The notes under the pieces were generated by a model. The model was not told the DNA's origin. It did no database searches and worked only from the letters and a program-made list of their open reading frames with translations. Positions 62,036 to 64,000 of a stretch of 64,000 nt of DNA are shown piece by piece (within the stretch, counting starts at the first letter, position 1; every line of letters begins with the position of its first letter). The position numbers and the translations under genes were made by a program. The stretch is from Lingula anatina (Eukaryota > Animalia > Brachiopoda). Where the stretch lies: positions 22,430,225 to 22,494,224 of the forward strand of contig CM120640.1 in assembly GCA_051362555.1 (NCBI GenBank). The letters run 5' to 3'.

Positions 62036-64000
62036 TTTTAAAAAATAATTTCAGCTTCAATGATTCCTAATGATAAAATATTTCTCCATAAAAGATTACT
62101 TTACAAATGATCAATTTTTCAAGATTTCTTTAAAATAGAAATTAAAGAATATCTATAGAATCCTATAGATGACTATAAGATTGTGCATTATAAACAATAA
62201 AAAGCATTTTTGCTTTAACAGTGATATATAATTGACAATTCCACTGATAAAATTGACCTATATCAAATATCTTTTGTTTAGAATTATATTTGTTCATAAG
62301 ATATGTATTTTTCTCAAGATTTTAACTTACAACAATTTCCTATAGGATCCTATAGGAAATCCTATAGGAAAGGTGCCCTATAGGATCCTATAAGATTTCC
62401 TATAGGATCCTATAGGATCCTATAGGAATCCTATAGGATCCTATAGGATATTTTCGTAAGGGGAGGCTGGTTGCTAAAAGGAAAATGCCCAAGGTTGTTG
62501 TATTTTGAAAAAAAATTAAAAAGGGTACTGTTGTTAGTGAATGTTTAATGCATCTTAGGCATTATGACAAAAGTAACTTACCCCAGACACACTGACCTCC
62601 TTTTTTTATTGACATATTTTAATTTTTTCCAGCCTGACAATACATGTAATTCATATATTCAATGCAGCCTTCTCCCATATCTATAATAGAAAAAAAAACT
62701 TGAGTAGTGTTAAGATATGCATGTCAAATTCATTTTCAATTTTGAGAGAATTTCTGTTTCAACACTACAAGATGAAATATTTAATTTCAAGTAATGAATA
62801 AACCTTAATAGAGTTCTATTCTTTTGTAACCACCAAGGCAAAGCTTCTTTCTTAAAATGAACTGAAACATCCAAGCTTGCCACCTAACATGCCAAAGTAG
62901 TGAAGTATAATTTAAGTAGAGAAGCAAGTACCCCTTAATTATAGAGGTATCTTACACAATAAGGTGTGTCTTACACACCTTGACTCAAAGAGAGATGTGT
63001 AGTGAGATAACAGGTAAAGTAATTGGTGGAGCCTAGGTGAACTTAAAACCTTAAGACTTTAAATTAAGAAGCACCAGGATTCATGTGTGTTCTTTTTTCA
63101 AAGGTTTAATATGAATTAAAACATATATATGTAAAAAGAAGACTAAATAAGTTAAAAATAACTATACCAAAGACACTGTGAAGTCAAACTTCCTGTTAGA
63201 CCGCCATGATGGAAAATGCTGGGTGGAGGCAAAATTTTCCAGTCAAAAAAACTGAGCACTTTACTTTAACAACAAAGTTACCACTCCAAAGCCACCCACC
63301 ATGGTGAGAAGAAAAATGATGACCAACTGTCATGATAAGTCTTCTTAGATTTAAACATGAAAAAGGTAAAGGCCAAAATGGTACATTTACCCATAACACT
63401 AGAGTAAAAAATTGGTATTCTGAACAAATCAGGTTATTTTTTTCAAGAAATATTGGAGCAGTATCCATGCAATATATACCACGCCACGACCAAGATGTTC
63501 AAGAATCTAAACACACCAAATTTTTTTTATAATCTTGCATTTGAAAAGTACAAAAAGCGGTAAGGCTTTTGGCCGTAACAAGCGTAACACTTTTTGATCG
63601 GAACTCATGAAAATTGTCAATTGTCGTATCCAAGCTAGACCACATGTTAAATCGCAAAAAAAAACAATACTGCTCAAGCAAGTGTGTTGCACACATAACA
63701 ATTAGTTAAATTTTATGACTGTCATGTGACACAAGTTTCAAAAAGTAGGAGGAAAATGTCTTTTGGAGTAATTTTTTTTCGAAATATTAACAAGATGGCG
63801 GCTTAAGCATCTGCTTGTTATTCGGCTACTGAAAGTGCACCTAAGTTTTATTCTTTGCTATTGCCACAAATTACTCAACAATTGCAACTGTATAAAGACC
63901 AAACTTTTTTCATCTGATACTATATTTATAGGCACTTGTTATGAGTGGGAATATTTTTCGTGCAATATTTATTCTCCACACACCACCTCGCGAGATCAAC

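Larger units (their letters stand above)
58225..62462. mobile_element. 4.2-kb CACTA/EnSpm-like non-autonomous element with TCCTATAGGA subterminal arrays
   Basis: Perfect 12-bp TIRs CCCTTACGAAAA / TTTTCGTAAGGG; 2-bp GA duplication; dense palindromic TCCTATAGGA repeats at 58239-58685, 61840-62010 and 62335-62450. Confidence 0.85.

Noticed and set aside
63200-63303. Plus-strand exon-like segment (TTCCTGTTAG/...CCATG/GTGAGA)
   Set aside because: Isolated, with no recognisable protein or partner exons in the window.

Overview
AT-rich, intron-rich eukaryotic DNA from an invertebrate animal; a mollusc or other lophotrochozoan is an inference from gene style and repeat types, not proven. Left: the last five exons of an OTUD7A/B (Cezanne)-like deubiquitinase gene, unusual in having two A20 zinc fingers. 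Centre: a complete 24-exon PARP14-like mono-ADP-ribosyltransferase (about 2726 aa by my manual splicing; RRMs, a large Q/H/P-rich insertion, KH array, 3 macrodomains, WWE, ART with H-Y-V). It is followed by a tandem duplicate that keeps the promoter and an unbroken 10-exon frame (about 1641 aa) but stops just before macrodomain 1. Remnants of a third copy follow. Comparing the two copies exposes exact empty and filled sites for many non-autonomous elements (Ginger, CACTA-like, Kolobok-like, Harbinger-like, hAT-like, TA-flanked, a Helentron fragment, a solo LTR); piggyBac-like, Tc1 and satellite-bearing Helentron elements also occur. Right end: possible fragments of a minus-strand gene interrupted by a 4.2-kb CACTA-like element. 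All exon and element coordinates were derived by eye and were not checked against transcripts or databases.
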